A stretch of DNA of 64,000 nt from Candidatus Omnitrophota bacterium (GTDB lineage: Bacteria > Omnitrophota > Omnitrophia > Omnitrophales > Aquincolibacteriaceae). Made by a program: the position numbers and the translations under genes. Below the pieces are notes generated by a model. That model ran no database searches, was not told the origin of the DNA, and saw nothing but the letters and a program-made list of their open reading frames with translations. This document shows positions 9,257-18,639 of this stretch, piece by piece (positions within the stretch are counted from its first letter, which is position 1; the number at the start of each line of letters is the position of its first letter). The DNA lies in contig CAIOAT010000042.1 of assembly GCA_903856085.1 (NCBI GenBank), positions 4,947-68,946 of the forward strand. Direction: 5' to 3'.

Positions 9257-10549
9257 TCAAGACTTGAGAAGTCGGAAAAAATGGTCCGTAAAAGCAGGGT
9301 AAGAGGTTGCGATACACTCCGTATCCCTGACCGTGATCGTCCCCTTCGCGGCAAGGCTTGCCACACCCAGGCTCATCGCCGTCCGATGATCTCCAAAACT
9401 TTCGACAGTGGCGCCATGGAACTCCTCCACGCCCCGAATCAGAGATCCATCCGGCAGTTCTTCAATCGACGCCCCAATAGCCTTTAGATTTCGAACCATG
9501 GATTGAATACGATCGGTTTCCTTGACGCGCAGCTCCGCCGCTCCTGAGATAAGACTTTCCCCTTCCGCAAGCGCCATCGCGACCATCAGGATCGGAAGCT
9601 CATCGATCAGGGACGGGATCTCTTCGTGCGTGATCCCCGTACCTTTTAGTTTCGCGCCACACACATGGATCGTCCCCATCGGTTCCGGAACCGTTTGTTT
9701 TACCTGCGTCTCAATACTCGCACCCATGCGTTTTAGAACTTCGAGAAACCCGACGCGTGTTGGATTGAGGCCTACATCCTGGACGGTCACTTCGGACCCC
9801 GGGATCATCGCAGCGCCTACAATGAAAAAAGCAGCTGAGGAAATATCGCCCGCAACTCGCCCGTGTATCGGTAAAAGCATTTCAGTCTTTTCAACGATCA
9901 GGTTGTTACCGATCTTTTGGAAACGTGCTCCCGCGGCCTCAAGAAATCGTTCCGTGTGATCCCGCGACGGGATGGCTTCACGAACGATCGTTCTCCCTTC
10001 GGCATACATCCCCGCGAAAAGAAGCGCGGACTTAACCTGTGCGCTCGAAAGTTTATTATCAAAATCAATCCCGCGAAGTTTGCCGCCGCGGATCGTGAGA
10101 GGCGCGAAATTGCCGTTCTCTTTACCCTTGATCTGCGCGCCCATCTGCTTGAGGGGATCGGTCACGCGACGCATCGGCCGAACCGAAAGAGACGGATCCC
10201 CGGTCAACACGGTTTCGAAGCGCTGACCCGCCAGGATCCCCAAAAGAAGCCTCATGGAAGTCCCGGAATTTCCAAGATAAAGTTCCTGCCCCGGAGCGGA
10301 AAGCTTTTGAAGTCCCTTTCCAGATATCCGGACCTTGCCCGTCCCCTTTTCATGCTGGATCTCAACACCCATCCGTCGCATAGCCTCCAAGGTGTGGAGA
10401 CAATCCTCGGCCTCTAGAAAATTCTCATAGACGCTCTCACCTTCTGCTAAAGCGCCAAAAAGGATGGCTCGATGGGAAATGGATTTATCACCTGGAGGAA
10501 GATAGGTCCCGCGGAACTGGCAGGGTCCTGTAAACGCAAGAAGGGGCAT
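9257..10549 (-). CDS. aroA: 3-phosphoshikimate 1-carboxyvinyltransferase
   Basis: [33 protein letters not shown]. Confidence 0.97.
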   Translation of the reverse strand: MPLLAFTGPCQFRGTYLPPGDKSISHRAILFGALAEGESVYENFLEAEDCLHTLEAMRRMGVEIQHEKGTGKVRISGKGLQKLSAPGQELYLGNSGTSMRLLLGILAGQRFETVLTGDPSLSVRPMRRVTDPLKQMGAQIKGKENGNFAPLTIRGGKLRGIDFDNKLSSAQVKSALLFAGMYAEGRTIVREAIPSRDHTERFLEAAGARFQKIGNNLIVEKTEMLLPIHGRVAGDISSAAFFIVGAAMIPGSEVTVQDVGLNPTRVGFLEVLKRMGASIETQVKQTVPEPMGTIHVCGAKLKGTGITHEEIPSLIDELPILMVAMALAEGESLISGAAELRVKETDRIQSMVRNLKAIGASIEELPDGSLIRGVEEFHGATVESFGDHRTAMSLGVASLAAKGTITVRDTECIATSYPAFTDHFFRLLKS

Positions 10550-10557
10550 GGAAAAGG

Positions 10558-10794
10558 TTATTTCCGGTGGACCCAGATACGAACTCGATCGAGCTCCTCG
10601 AGAATCTTATCTTCTTTGGCAACAATTTCTTTCTGCCGTTCCTCAAGGGCCGTCATACGGGTCTTGATATCGCTGAGGTCACCCTTTAATTGTTCTCCCC
10701 AGGGCTTCTCTTCAACAGCAAAAAGACTGGGAACAAAAAGAATCACCCCTAACAACAAGGATACGAAAAGGAGCCTACGCCCTGCGAATCTCAT
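10558..10794 (-). CDS. small exported coiled-coil hypothetical protein
   Basis: Signal peptide/TM followed by a short heptad coil; start overlaps the upstream gene end. Confidence 0.65.
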   Translation of the reverse strand: MRFAGRRLLFVSLLLGVILFVPSLFAVEEKPWGEQLKGDLSDIKTRMTALEERQKEIVAKEDKILEELDRVRIWVHRK

Positions 10795-11821
10795 CGCCTT
10801 CAACGACCTGCTGCTTGGGGTCTTCTTCCAGGAGGGTAGCCGCGGAAAACTTATCATAGAGTTTTTCGATCTGGACTGTTGCGCTCTCCTTGCCCTGCTT
10901 GAGGACCTTCAGCTTGTCCCCCATCTTGAGCCCGGCCTGAAGGCCTTGATTGATGACCACAAAATTAAATTTTCGGTTCACGGTAAGAACCTTGGCGCCC
11001 GTCGTTGACCCTGCCGTGACGGAGGATTCAGGAGTATGAACCTTAGTATCTGTCGTCGTCACGGCCGTAGTGGAAACTTCGGGAGACTGCACAGGTTCTG
11101 CCGTCACCGCTGCAGAAGTTTTCGGTGCGGGTGACACCACGATTGCAGACTCCTCTTTTACGACAGGAACCTCTCTCGTGGTTTCCGCGCTAAAGGGCTC
11201 TGCAGGCGCGACCTGGGCGGCCACGGGCGACGTTGGAGAACTCACGGCAGCGACCGAACTTGTGGAGGCAACGGGCTTGAAAACAAGCTGGGAAGTTCCG
11301 GTCTCAGGGTCGACCGTTGTTGAAACGGATGGCGCAGAAGTCGTTGGACTTGGAACAGATTGTGCCGCGGAAAAAGGATCTGTCTTCAGGTCCGCGGGGG
11401 TCACTCCGCAGGCAGCTTGAGCATCTTTGGCTTTTTTTTCAAGCTCCCCCATCTTCGTCTGAAGCTCCAAAATCATCGCCTGATGGCTCTTAAGCTGTTC
11501 TTCGAGGGCATCCTTTTCGGAATCAATTTGTTGATACTTGGACCTAAGTTTTTTAACCATGCCCTGCATCGCTTCGGCCTTGTTACGATACTCTTGGCTC
11601 TCAGCCGCGACCTGTTCGTTTTCAGCCTTGATTTGTTCCTTCTCGGACTGGACAGTGACCATCTGTTCTTTGACCTGATCGTACTTGGCCTCAACGCTGC
11701 TCCGAACAGTACGTTCTTGAACCCAGCCTTGATACAAAAAATAAGAGCCACCTGCGGCGGCAACAGAAAGAAGAAATGCCAGGATGATACCGATCTTACC
11801 CATAAGAAACCCTTTTCTCAT
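10775..11821 (-). CDS. membrane-anchored coiled-coil protein with S/T/P/A-rich linker and C-terminal beta domain (FlgT C-terminal-like)
   Basis: N-terminal TM, long heptads, low-complexity linker, C-terminal FNFVVINQG..GLK.GD motif. Confidence 0.7.
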   Translation of the reverse strand: MRKGFLMGKIGIILAFLLSVAAAGGSYFLYQGWVQERTVRSSVEAKYDQVKEQMVTVQSEKEQIKAENEQVAAESQEYRNKAEAMQGMVKKLRSKYQQIDSEKDALEEQLKSHQAMILELQTKMGELEKKAKDAQAACGVTPADLKTDPFSAAQSVPSPTTSAPSVSTTVDPETGTSQLVFKPVASTSSVAAVSSPTSPVAAQVAPAEPFSAETTREVPVVKEESAIVVSPAPKTSAAVTAEPVQSPEVSTTAVTTTDTKVHTPESSVTAGSTTGAKVLTVNRKFNFVVINQGLQAGLKMGDKLKVLKQGKESATVQIEKLYDKFSAATLLEEDPKQQVVEGDEIRRA

Positions 11822-12006
11822 TAACTCTTATCGTAAAATATCACACCACTACAAAATGCGGAATGCCGAAGCTCCTGAGCGCCTTAGTCTCAGGCAGGAG
11901 AGGAACCGGAAGAAAACTTCCGATTCCTCTCCGTCCATCCGACTTTTACATAGACCCTATTCTCCGTCTTGCGACGGCGAACAGGACGATGAAAAACGAA
12001 AGAGGC

Positions 12007-12261
12007 CTAAGAAAGGTGCTTGCTGACGAGTTTGGTCATCTCGAACATATTGACAACCGACTTGCCGCCGAACACAACCTTGAGCGAGGCATCCGCGTTA
12101 ATGTTGCGCTTGTTCGCCTGATCCTGAAGCTTATTCTTCTTGATGTATTCCCAAAGCTTTTTCACGACTTCGCTACGAGGTATCGGACCTTTGCCAACCA
12201 CTACCGCGAGTTCTTCGCTGATCTTCATCGGTTTCATAAACGCTGAGTTCGCTTTCGCCAT
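12007..12261 (-). CDS. stand-alone SWIB/MDM2-domain protein
   Basis: MAKANSAFMKP...RSEVVKKLWEYIKKNKLQD..NKR.I..D..L...MFEMTKLVSKHL; RBS AGGAG. Confidence 0.93.
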   Translation of the reverse strand: MAKANSAFMKPMKISEELAVVVGKGPIPRSEVVKKLWEYIKKNKLQDQANKRNINADASLKVVFGGKSVVNMFEMTKLVSKHLS

Positions 12262-12479
12262 AATGCTTTCTCCTTTTGGTTTAAACCGAGTTCCCGCGTC
12301 CGATGTTCCGAACCCGCTCCCACGGCTTTGCTGGGTTAGTATCATACAATACACTTTCAAAGACAACAATAAAGCATTTCTGTTTTTGTTAGTCCCAATT
12401 TCAATCAATTTCATCAAAGATGAAATTGGGCAATCCTTGTCACCATTCAAAAAAAAGAATGCGAGACAAGGATAGGGAA

Positions 12480-12938
12480 CTATTTCGGCTTCGCCAGTAG
12501 AAACTTCAGCTCTTTCATAAAATGGCTTACATCCTGAAAATCACGGTAGACACTGGCAAAACGCACATACGCCACTTGATCGATTTTCGCGAGCCTCTGC
12601 ATGATGAACTCCCCGATGATACGGGACGGAACCTCCCGATCATATTTTTCGCGGATCGTTGTCTCGAGATCATCGGCGACTTTTTCCTGGGTCGCGAGTG
12701 GCACGGGGCGCTTCTCGCAAGCCTTGTAAACCCCGGCGAGAACCTTGGAACGTTCGTACGACTCACGGCGCTGGTCTTTTTTCACCACAAACATCGGGAT
12801 CTCTTCGACCCTCTCATAAGTGGTAAATCGCTTACTGCAGGCCGTGCACTCGCGCCGCCGACGAACCACTTCTCCTTCGTTTGCCGCACGCGAATCGATC
12901 ACCTTATCCGAATCCTGTTTGCAAAAAGGACAACGCAT
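12480..12938 (-). CDS. nrdR: transcriptional repressor NrdR
   Basis: MRCPFC...RRRREC..C.KRFTTYE zinc ribbon, ATP cone, VAYVRFASVY. Confidence 0.97.
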   Translation of the reverse strand: MRCPFCKQDSDKVIDSRAANEGEVVRRRRECTACSKRFTTYERVEEIPMFVVKKDQRRESYERSKVLAGVYKACEKRPVPLATQEKVADDLETTIREKYDREVPSRIIGEFIMQRLAKIDQVAYVRFASVYRDFQDVSHFMKELKFLLAKPK

Positions 12939-12953
12939 GCGATCTCTTTTCTT

Positions 12954-14219
12954 TTATTGAAGTTCCGGATAAAGCGGGAACTTTTGAGTCAGGGCTTCGA
13001 CCCGCGAAAGCACTCTGGCGAGATTCGATTCTTCTGCGGGAGCCTTGAGCGTTTCATCAATGAGCTCGGCAATGAGCTCCATTTCCTTTTCTTTCATTCC
13101 ACGCGTCGTCACGGCAGGCGTTCCCAAACGGACCCCGGACCCTTTGAAAGGCGATTCTTTGTCAAACGGGATCATGTTCTTGTTCACCGTGATCTTCACT
13201 TTATCTAACAGCTCCTGGACCTGTTTTCCGTTAAAACCCTTCACCGAGACGTCCACAAGCATAAGATGATTATCCGTACCGCCGGAGACGATCCTCCAAC
13301 CGCGCGCAGCCATCGCGCTCGCAAGCGTCTTGGCATTCCTCACAATCTGGGCACTGTATTCCTTAAACTCGGGACTCAAGGCTTCCTTGAGCGCCACCGC
13401 CTTCGCCGCGATCACATGCATAAGTGGGCCGCCCTGGATACCCGGAAACACGGCGGAATCGATCGCTTTCGCATATTTCTCTTTACAAAGAATCAGACCT
13501 GCTCGGGGCCCGCGGAGCGTTTTATGCGTCGTTGTGGTCACGATATCCGCATACGGCATGGGACTGGGGTGATGCCCCGTAGCCACCAGACCCGCGAAAT
13601 GCGCCATATCCACCATCAGAAGCGCCCCAACTTGATCGGCGATCTTTCGTCCACGCGCAAAATCAATAATTCTCGGATACGCGGAGGCCCCCAAAAGGAT
13701 CATTTTAGGTTTATGCTCTTTAGCCAGCTGCTCTAAGGCATCATAGTCGATCCTCTCGTCTTTGGGGCTGACACCGTAGGGAATGATCGTATAAAATTTC
13801 CCGGAATAATTCATTTTATGACCATGCGACAAATGGCCACCATGCGTCAGATCCATCCCCAGGATCTTGTCCCCCGGTTCCAACAGTGCCATAAAAACTG
13901 CGATGTTAGCCGAGGTTCCGCTGTGGGGTTGGACATTCGCGTGTTCAGCCCCAAAAAGCTGCTTCGCGCGATCGATCGCAAGTTGTTCGACCACATCCAC
14001 ATTTTCGCAGCCACCGTACCAACGCTTTCCAGGATATCCTTCGGCGTACTTATTCGTCAAAACCGAACCCATCGCCTCGAGGACAGAAAGCGAAGTGAAA
14101 TTCTCGCTCGCGATCAGTTCGATATTCTCGTTTTGCCGGCGAACTTCCGCCCGGATAGCGTTATAAATATCCGGATCGGTCTTTTTAAGCTGCGTTTGAT
14201 CGATGATGCTTCTGTTCAT
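12954..14219 (-). CDS. glyA: serine hydroxymethyltransferase
   Basis: [29 protein letters not shown]; exact start uncertain. Confidence 0.97.
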   Translation of the reverse strand: MNRSIIDQTQLKKTDPDIYNAIRAEVRRQNENIELIASENFTSLSVLEAMGSVLTNKYAEGYPGKRWYGGCENVDVVEQLAIDRAKQLFGAEHANVQPHSGTSANIAVFMALLEPGDKILGMDLTHGGHLSHGHKMNYSGKFYTIIPYGVSPKDERIDYDALEQLAKEHKPKMILLGASAYPRIIDFARGRKIADQVGALLMVDMAHFAGLVATGHHPSPMPYADIVTTTTHKTLRGPRAGLILCKEKYAKAIDSAVFPGIQGGPLMHVIAAKAVALKEALSPEFKEYSAQIVRNAKTLASAMAARGWRIVSGGTDNHLMLVDVSVKGFNGKQVQELLDKVKITVNKNMIPFDKESPFKGSGVRLGTPAVTTRGMKEKEMELIAELIDETLKAPAEESNLARVLSRVEALTQKFPLYPELQ

Positions 14220-14655
14220 AAGCCCTAATTTTGTTAACACGGACTTCATGACGTCCCCTTTCAAATGGTGTGTTGAGCCAGGTATCCACGAGCGGAAAGA
14301 TAATGTCTTGCGGCAGAAACCCCGCGCCAAGGATCAGCATGTTGGAATCATTGTGCCCGCGGGAAAGACGCGCTTGTTCGATGTTTTGGCAAAGCGCCGC
14401 GCGAACGCCGTCCACCTTGTTGGCCGCGATCGTACTCCCGATCCCGGTATAGCAGATCCCGATCGCCCGATGACATTCTTTGCTGGCCACTTTTTCGGCG
14501 GCGGCAAAAATAAAATCCGGATAATCGCAGGACTCGTCGGTAAAAGCACCGCAGTCAATAACATCGAAATTCTTGTTCTTAAGAAAATCAATCAACGCAT
14601 TCTTCAGTTGAATGCCGCGGTGATCGGTCGCGATTGCGATCTTAGGTTTCATCAT
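14185..14655 (-). CDS. rpiB: ribose-5-phosphate isomerase B
   Basis: DHRG, DYPD, CYTGIGS.IAANK, HNDSN, GRHEVR. Confidence 0.93.
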   Translation of the reverse strand: MMKPKIAIATDHRGIQLKNALIDFLKNKNFDVIDCGAFTDESCDYPDFIFAAAEKVASKECHRAIGICYTGIGSTIAANKVDGVRAALCQNIEQARLSRGHNDSNMLILGAGFLPQDIIFPLVDTWLNTPFERGRHEVRVNKIRAYEQKHHRSNAA

Positions 14656-14666
14656 GATTTCCGCCT

Positions 14667-15740
14667 TTAAGGTTGATCCAGCTGAAGGATCTTGTTCATA
14701 TATTGTTTCATTTTCGATTCGATATCAAGCAAGGTCTTCTCGTAAACCTGCACACCCATTCCGATCGGGTCTTCCACATTCAACGTGATCGTTTTTTCCC
14801 TCGCCGAAGGCAGCAGAGCCGCCGCATCCTCCGCATGCTGCGCCGCCATCGCAAGAATCAGATCCGAACTCCACAGATCTCCTTTTCGGCACCGCCGGCT
14901 GCGAAACCCGCTAAAATCGATCTCGCGATTACGCAACACAAGCTCCGCCTCGGGCGTACACGGAAGTCCATCCCGCGCGCTCGTCCCGCAGGAAATAACC
15001 TCGATCTCAGAGGACAACCCTTTTTTCTCAATCTCGTGCTTGAGCCACCCTTCCGCCATCGGGGAACGGCAAGAATTTCCGGTACAAACGATTACGATAC
15101 GCTTGCGCGGGCATTTTCCGGAACTAATCTTTTCGACAGCTCGCTCCACATCCGCGCCTTGCGCCGCTTTGCGGAGAATTACCGGGATTTCTCCCGTGAG
15201 GTCTACCACCGTCGAATCGAGCATCAGCTCGGTCTTACCGCCATCGATCAGTTGATCGAAAGCACCTTGTAATTGCTCAACCACCTGGTTTGCCGTATGC
15301 GGCGATGGCTTCCCGCTCCCGTTCGCGCTAGTCGCGATGAACGGCTCCCCCACCTCCTGGATCAAGGCAAGGGCGATCTTGTTCCTCGGAAATCTGATCC
15401 CGATCTTTTGGCCAACAAGGTCCGGAACCACCATCGTCACGGGCCCCGGCCAAAACTGCCGTGCCATCGTACGAACGAGCGGTGTTTTCTTGACCTTGAG
15501 CCGATCGAGCATCCCCCAATCGCTCACATGATAGGAAAATGGTTTTGCGTCCGAACGCCCTTTGATCTCACGAAGTCTCTTTTCAATCTCCGGAGCGCTC
15601 ATCTTTCCGCCGATTCCATAAACCGTTTCCGTGGGGAACGCAATGATCTTGCCCTCTTTGCAGGCGTTGGCGACCTCCCGGATACGTTTCATATCCGGAT
15701 CATGACTATCGATCTTGATCACTCCAGGCGTTACCATCAC
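14667..15740 (-). CDS. tsaC: threonylcarbamoyl-AMP synthase (TsaC/Sua5) fused to a low-molecular-weight phosphatase domain
   Basis: N-terminal FPTETVYG, KGR, WPGP, TSAN; C-terminal VCTGNSCRSPMAE and DP motif. Confidence 0.9.
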   Translation of the reverse strand: MMVTPGVIKIDSHDPDMKRIREVANACKEGKIIAFPTETVYGIGGKMSAPEIEKRLREIKGRSDAKPFSYHVSDWGMLDRLKVKKTPLVRTMARQFWPGPVTMVVPDLVGQKIGIRFPRNKIALALIQEVGEPFIATSANGSGKPSPHTANQVVEQLQGAFDQLIDGGKTELMLDSTVVDLTGEIPVILRKAAQGADVERAVEKISSGKCPRKRIVIVCTGNSCRSPMAEGWLKHEIEKKGLSSEIEVISCGTSARDGLPCTPEAELVLRNREIDFSGFRSRRCRKGDLWSSDLILAMAAQHAEDAAALLPSAREKTITLNVEDPIGMGVQVYEKTLLDIESKMKQYMNKILQLDQP

Positions 15741-15842
15741 GATGCGTCAAACCCTCCGCATATTGTCTTGAGCTTATTCTGCTACCGGAATAAGCTAAGC
15801 ATCGAGCCTACCGTGAAAAACAATAGGGTCGAGGAATTCTGT

Positions 15843-16346
15843 CTATTTCTGAATCTTTTCCTGCAATTTTTTGTTCTTCTCCCGGCTGCTTTCCACCAAA
15901 GAATCTTTAAATTTCCGGAGTTTCTCCGCCAATTTTGCGTCCGAAAGAGCCAGGATCTGCACCGCCAAAAGACCTGCGTTGCGCGCACCGGGTTTTCCCA
16001 CCGCCACGGTCGCCACTGGCACTCCAGCCGGCATCTGAACCGTCGCCAAAAGCGCGTCCAAACCATTCATCTGAGTCGCCGCCAACGGAACCCCGATCAC
16101 CGGCAAGATCGTATTGGCAGCCACAGCCCCTGCCAAATGTGCGGCCCCGCCGGCTCCAGCAATAATAACTTTCAGACCCTTTTGCGTCGCTTGAATCGCA
16201 AAATCAGCGACAAGGATTGGTGTGCGGTGCGCCGAAAGCACTTGCATCTCGAAGCTCACCCCGAAATCTTTGAGCACTTCCGCGCATTCCTGCATCACTT
16301 CCAGGTCCGAATCACTTCCCATCACGATCGAAACAAGTTCGTTCAT
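15843..16346 (-). CDS. purE: N5-CAIR mutase
   Basis: [30 protein letters not shown]. Confidence 0.97.
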   Translation of the reverse strand: MNELVSIVMGSDSDLEVMQECAEVLKDFGVSFEMQVLSAHRTPILVADFAIQATQKGLKVIIAGAGGAAHLAGAVAANTILPVIGVPLAATQMNGLDALLATVQMPAGVPVATVAVGKPGARNAGLLAVQILALSDAKLAEKLRKFKDSLVESSREKNKKLQEKIQK

Positions 16347-17623
16347 CGCAGCACCTCTATGGCCTTTTGGCCTATGTCGCGGCGGCAAAAACCGCCCTCG
16401 AAATGAATTTGTGGGATCACTTGATAAACACGTTCATGCGCTGCCTTGAGCGTATCACCCCAGGCTGTTACGGCCAACACGCGCCCCCCGGCTGTCACGA
16501 CCTGCTTTTGTGCGTTGAATGCCGTTCCCGCGTGAAAAATCGCCACATCCTCGTGCCCCCTCACAGAATCAAGCCCCCGGATCTGGAAACCTTTTTCATA
16601 AGAACCTGGATACCCGCCTGAGGCCATCACGACTGTAATACACGCCTTGTCATACCATTCAAGAGTTTCCGTTTCCAAGCATCCATTGGCGATCTGCACC
16701 ATAACAGGCAAAAGATCGGAGCACAGACGCGGCAAGATCACCTCCGTCTCGGGATCCCCGAACCGGCAATTGTATTCAAGCACAAACGGTCCTTCTTTGG
16801 TCATCATAATTCCGGCATAAAGAACGCCACGATAAGACATCCCGTCTCCAGCCATTCCCTCAAGGATCGGACGCACCGCGATATCGATAATACTCCCGAT
16901 CTCAGACTCTGGGATCTTCATGCTCGGTGAAAAAGCACCCATGCCTCCCGTGTTCGGACCTCGGTCATGGTCATACGCCCTTTTGTGGTCTCGCGCACTC
17001 GCCAGAGGAATGATCTTTTTCCCATCCGTCAGCACGAGAATCGAAAGCTCCTCACCTTCGAGCTTCTTTTCGATAATGACCTTGGAGCCCGCATTCCCGA
17101 AGATTTTTTCATCCATCATTTGTGTCAATGTCGCGACCGCGTGCTCGGAACTCTCGCAAATCACCACACCCTTACCCGCCGCGAGACCATCCGCCTTGAT
17201 CACAATCGGCATTTCCGATTCAATGACATAATGCTTGGCTTCTTTCACATTCGTGAAGATCTCGTAGTCGGCCGTAGGCACGCCATATTTGGTCATGATC
17301 TCCTTGGAAAAAGCCTTACTGCCTTCGAGGAGTGCGGTATCTTTAGAAGGACCGAAAAGCAACAATCCATTGTCACGAAACACATCTCCGATTCCCGCGA
17401 CCAGAGGAACTTCGGGACCCACCACGGTCAGATCGATCTTTTCACGAAGCGCAAATTCCAAAAGGCCATTGATATCATCTGAAGCAATGGAAACGCATTC
17501 CGCATGTTGGCTGATCCCGGCATTCCCCGGAGCGGCATAAAGCTTTGTGAGAAGCGGACTCTGGGCAATCTTCCATGCAAGCGCATGCTCTCTACCGCCG
17601 GAACCGATTAAAAGGACTTTCAT
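16343..17623 (-). CDS. purD: phosphoribosylamine-glycine ligase
   Basis: GSGGREHA, KADGLAAGKGV, GPNTGGMG, RFGDPE. Confidence 0.97.
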   Translation of the reverse strand: MKVLLIGSGGREHALAWKIAQSPLLTKLYAAPGNAGISQHAECVSIASDDINGLLEFALREKIDLTVVGPEVPLVAGIGDVFRDNGLLLFGPSKDTALLEGSKAFSKEIMTKYGVPTADYEIFTNVKEAKHYVIESEMPIVIKADGLAAGKGVVICESSEHAVATLTQMMDEKIFGNAGSKVIIEKKLEGEELSILVLTDGKKIIPLASARDHKRAYDHDRGPNTGGMGAFSPSMKIPESEIGSIIDIAVRPILEGMAGDGMSYRGVLYAGIMMTKEGPFVLEYNCRFGDPETEVILPRLCSDLLPVMVQIANGCLETETLEWYDKACITVVMASGGYPGSYEKGFQIRGLDSVRGHEDVAIFHAGTAFNAQKQVVTAGGRVLAVTAWGDTLKAAHERVYQVIPQIHFEGGFCRRDIGQKAIEVLR

Positions 17624-18639
17624 GCGACCGTAACCCCGCTTTGTTTTGTGATCTTACCAACGACCCAGGAACTCAATTTAAAACTCTTTAGAACCTTTTG
17701 CGCAGACTGCACATGACGTTTTTCAAGGATCACCACCATCCCGACGCCCATATTGAAGGTTTTGTACATTTCATGGTCAGAAATACCACCAGCTTTTTGG
17801 GCAACACGGAAGATCTCCGGAACTTCCCATGAATTCCGGTCCAAGCTTGCGCCCAATCCTTTCGGGATCACACGCGGCAAATTGTCATAAAAACCGCCTC
17901 CGGTGATATTGACGATGCCTTTCACCGGCAATTGCTGCACAAGCGCCAGGACCGGTTTCACATAGATGATGGTCGGCGTGAGAAGCTTGCGTCCGACATT
18001 ACCTCTCAGCTCTTTTTCAGAGAAAATCTTTCTTAGAAGCGAATATCCATTCGAATGAAATCCTGACGATTGGATGCCGAGAATGACATCCCCCGCTTTA
18101 ATCTTCTTTCCGGTCACGACCTTCTTACGGTCCACCGCGCCGACTGAAAACCCGGCGACATCATACTGCGCCGCAAGCGTTTTTTTCTTGTCGGTGTAAA
18201 ATCCCGGCATGATGGCTGTTTCGCCGCCCACGAGCGCGCAACCGGACTGCCGGCAACCTTCGGTGACTCCTTTGAGGACCTCCCCGATCACATGCGTCTG
18301 GAATTTCCCGGAAGCATAATAATCCAAAAAGAAAAGCGGGCGCGCCCCGGAAGTAATGAGATCGTTCACGCACATAGCGACAAGATCAATTCCAATCGTG
18401 TCGTGTTTATCGAGAAGCCGCGCGAGTTCCAACTTGGTCCCCACCCCATCGGTCGAGGCTACAAGCAGCGGGTCCTTGATGCCGGTCTTCTTGAGATCAA
18501 AAAGTGAGGCAAACCCAAGCGTGTCCCCACAAACGCCCGGAGTATGGGTTGAGCGGATAAGACCCGCTATCTTCCGGTTGTACGCAGGATCACCTTTCAG
18601 ATGCGGCACTCCCGCCTTTTCGTAGGTCCAGGCGCTCAT
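17620..18639 (-). CDS. purM: AIR synthetase
   Basis: DGVGTK, DLVAMCVND, GGETA, HSNGYS, FNMGVG. Confidence 0.96.
   Translation of the reverse strand: MSAWTYEKAGVPHLKGDPAYNRKIAGLIRSTHTPGVCGDTLGFASLFDLKKTGIKDPLLVASTDGVGTKLELARLLDKHDTIGIDLVAMCVNDLITSGARPLFFLDYYASGKFQTHVIGEVLKGVTEGCRQSGCALVGGETAIMPGFYTDKKKTLAAQYDVAGFSVGAVDRKKVVTGKKIKAGDVILGIQSSGFHSNGYSLLRKIFSEKELRGNVGRKLLTPTIIYVKPVLALVQQLPVKGIVNITGGGFYDNLPRVIPKGLGASLDRNSWEVPEIFRVAQKAGGISDHEMYKTFNMGVGMVVILEKRHVQSAQKVLKSFKLSSWVVGKITKQSGVTVA

Noticed and set aside
9160-9366. N-terminal extensions in the ORF track for mreB (also SWIB, acyP, purE, glyA, SPFH and the DUF6485-like gene)
   Set aside because: They come from upstream alternative starts overlapping other genes or a tRNA; downstream starts fit family lengths and RBS positions better.
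12394-12430. CAATTTCA direct repeat plus inverted copy downstream of nrdR
   Set aside because: Best explained as an AT-rich terminator-like hairpin with a short duplicated arm; it does not match an NrdR box and is not an array.
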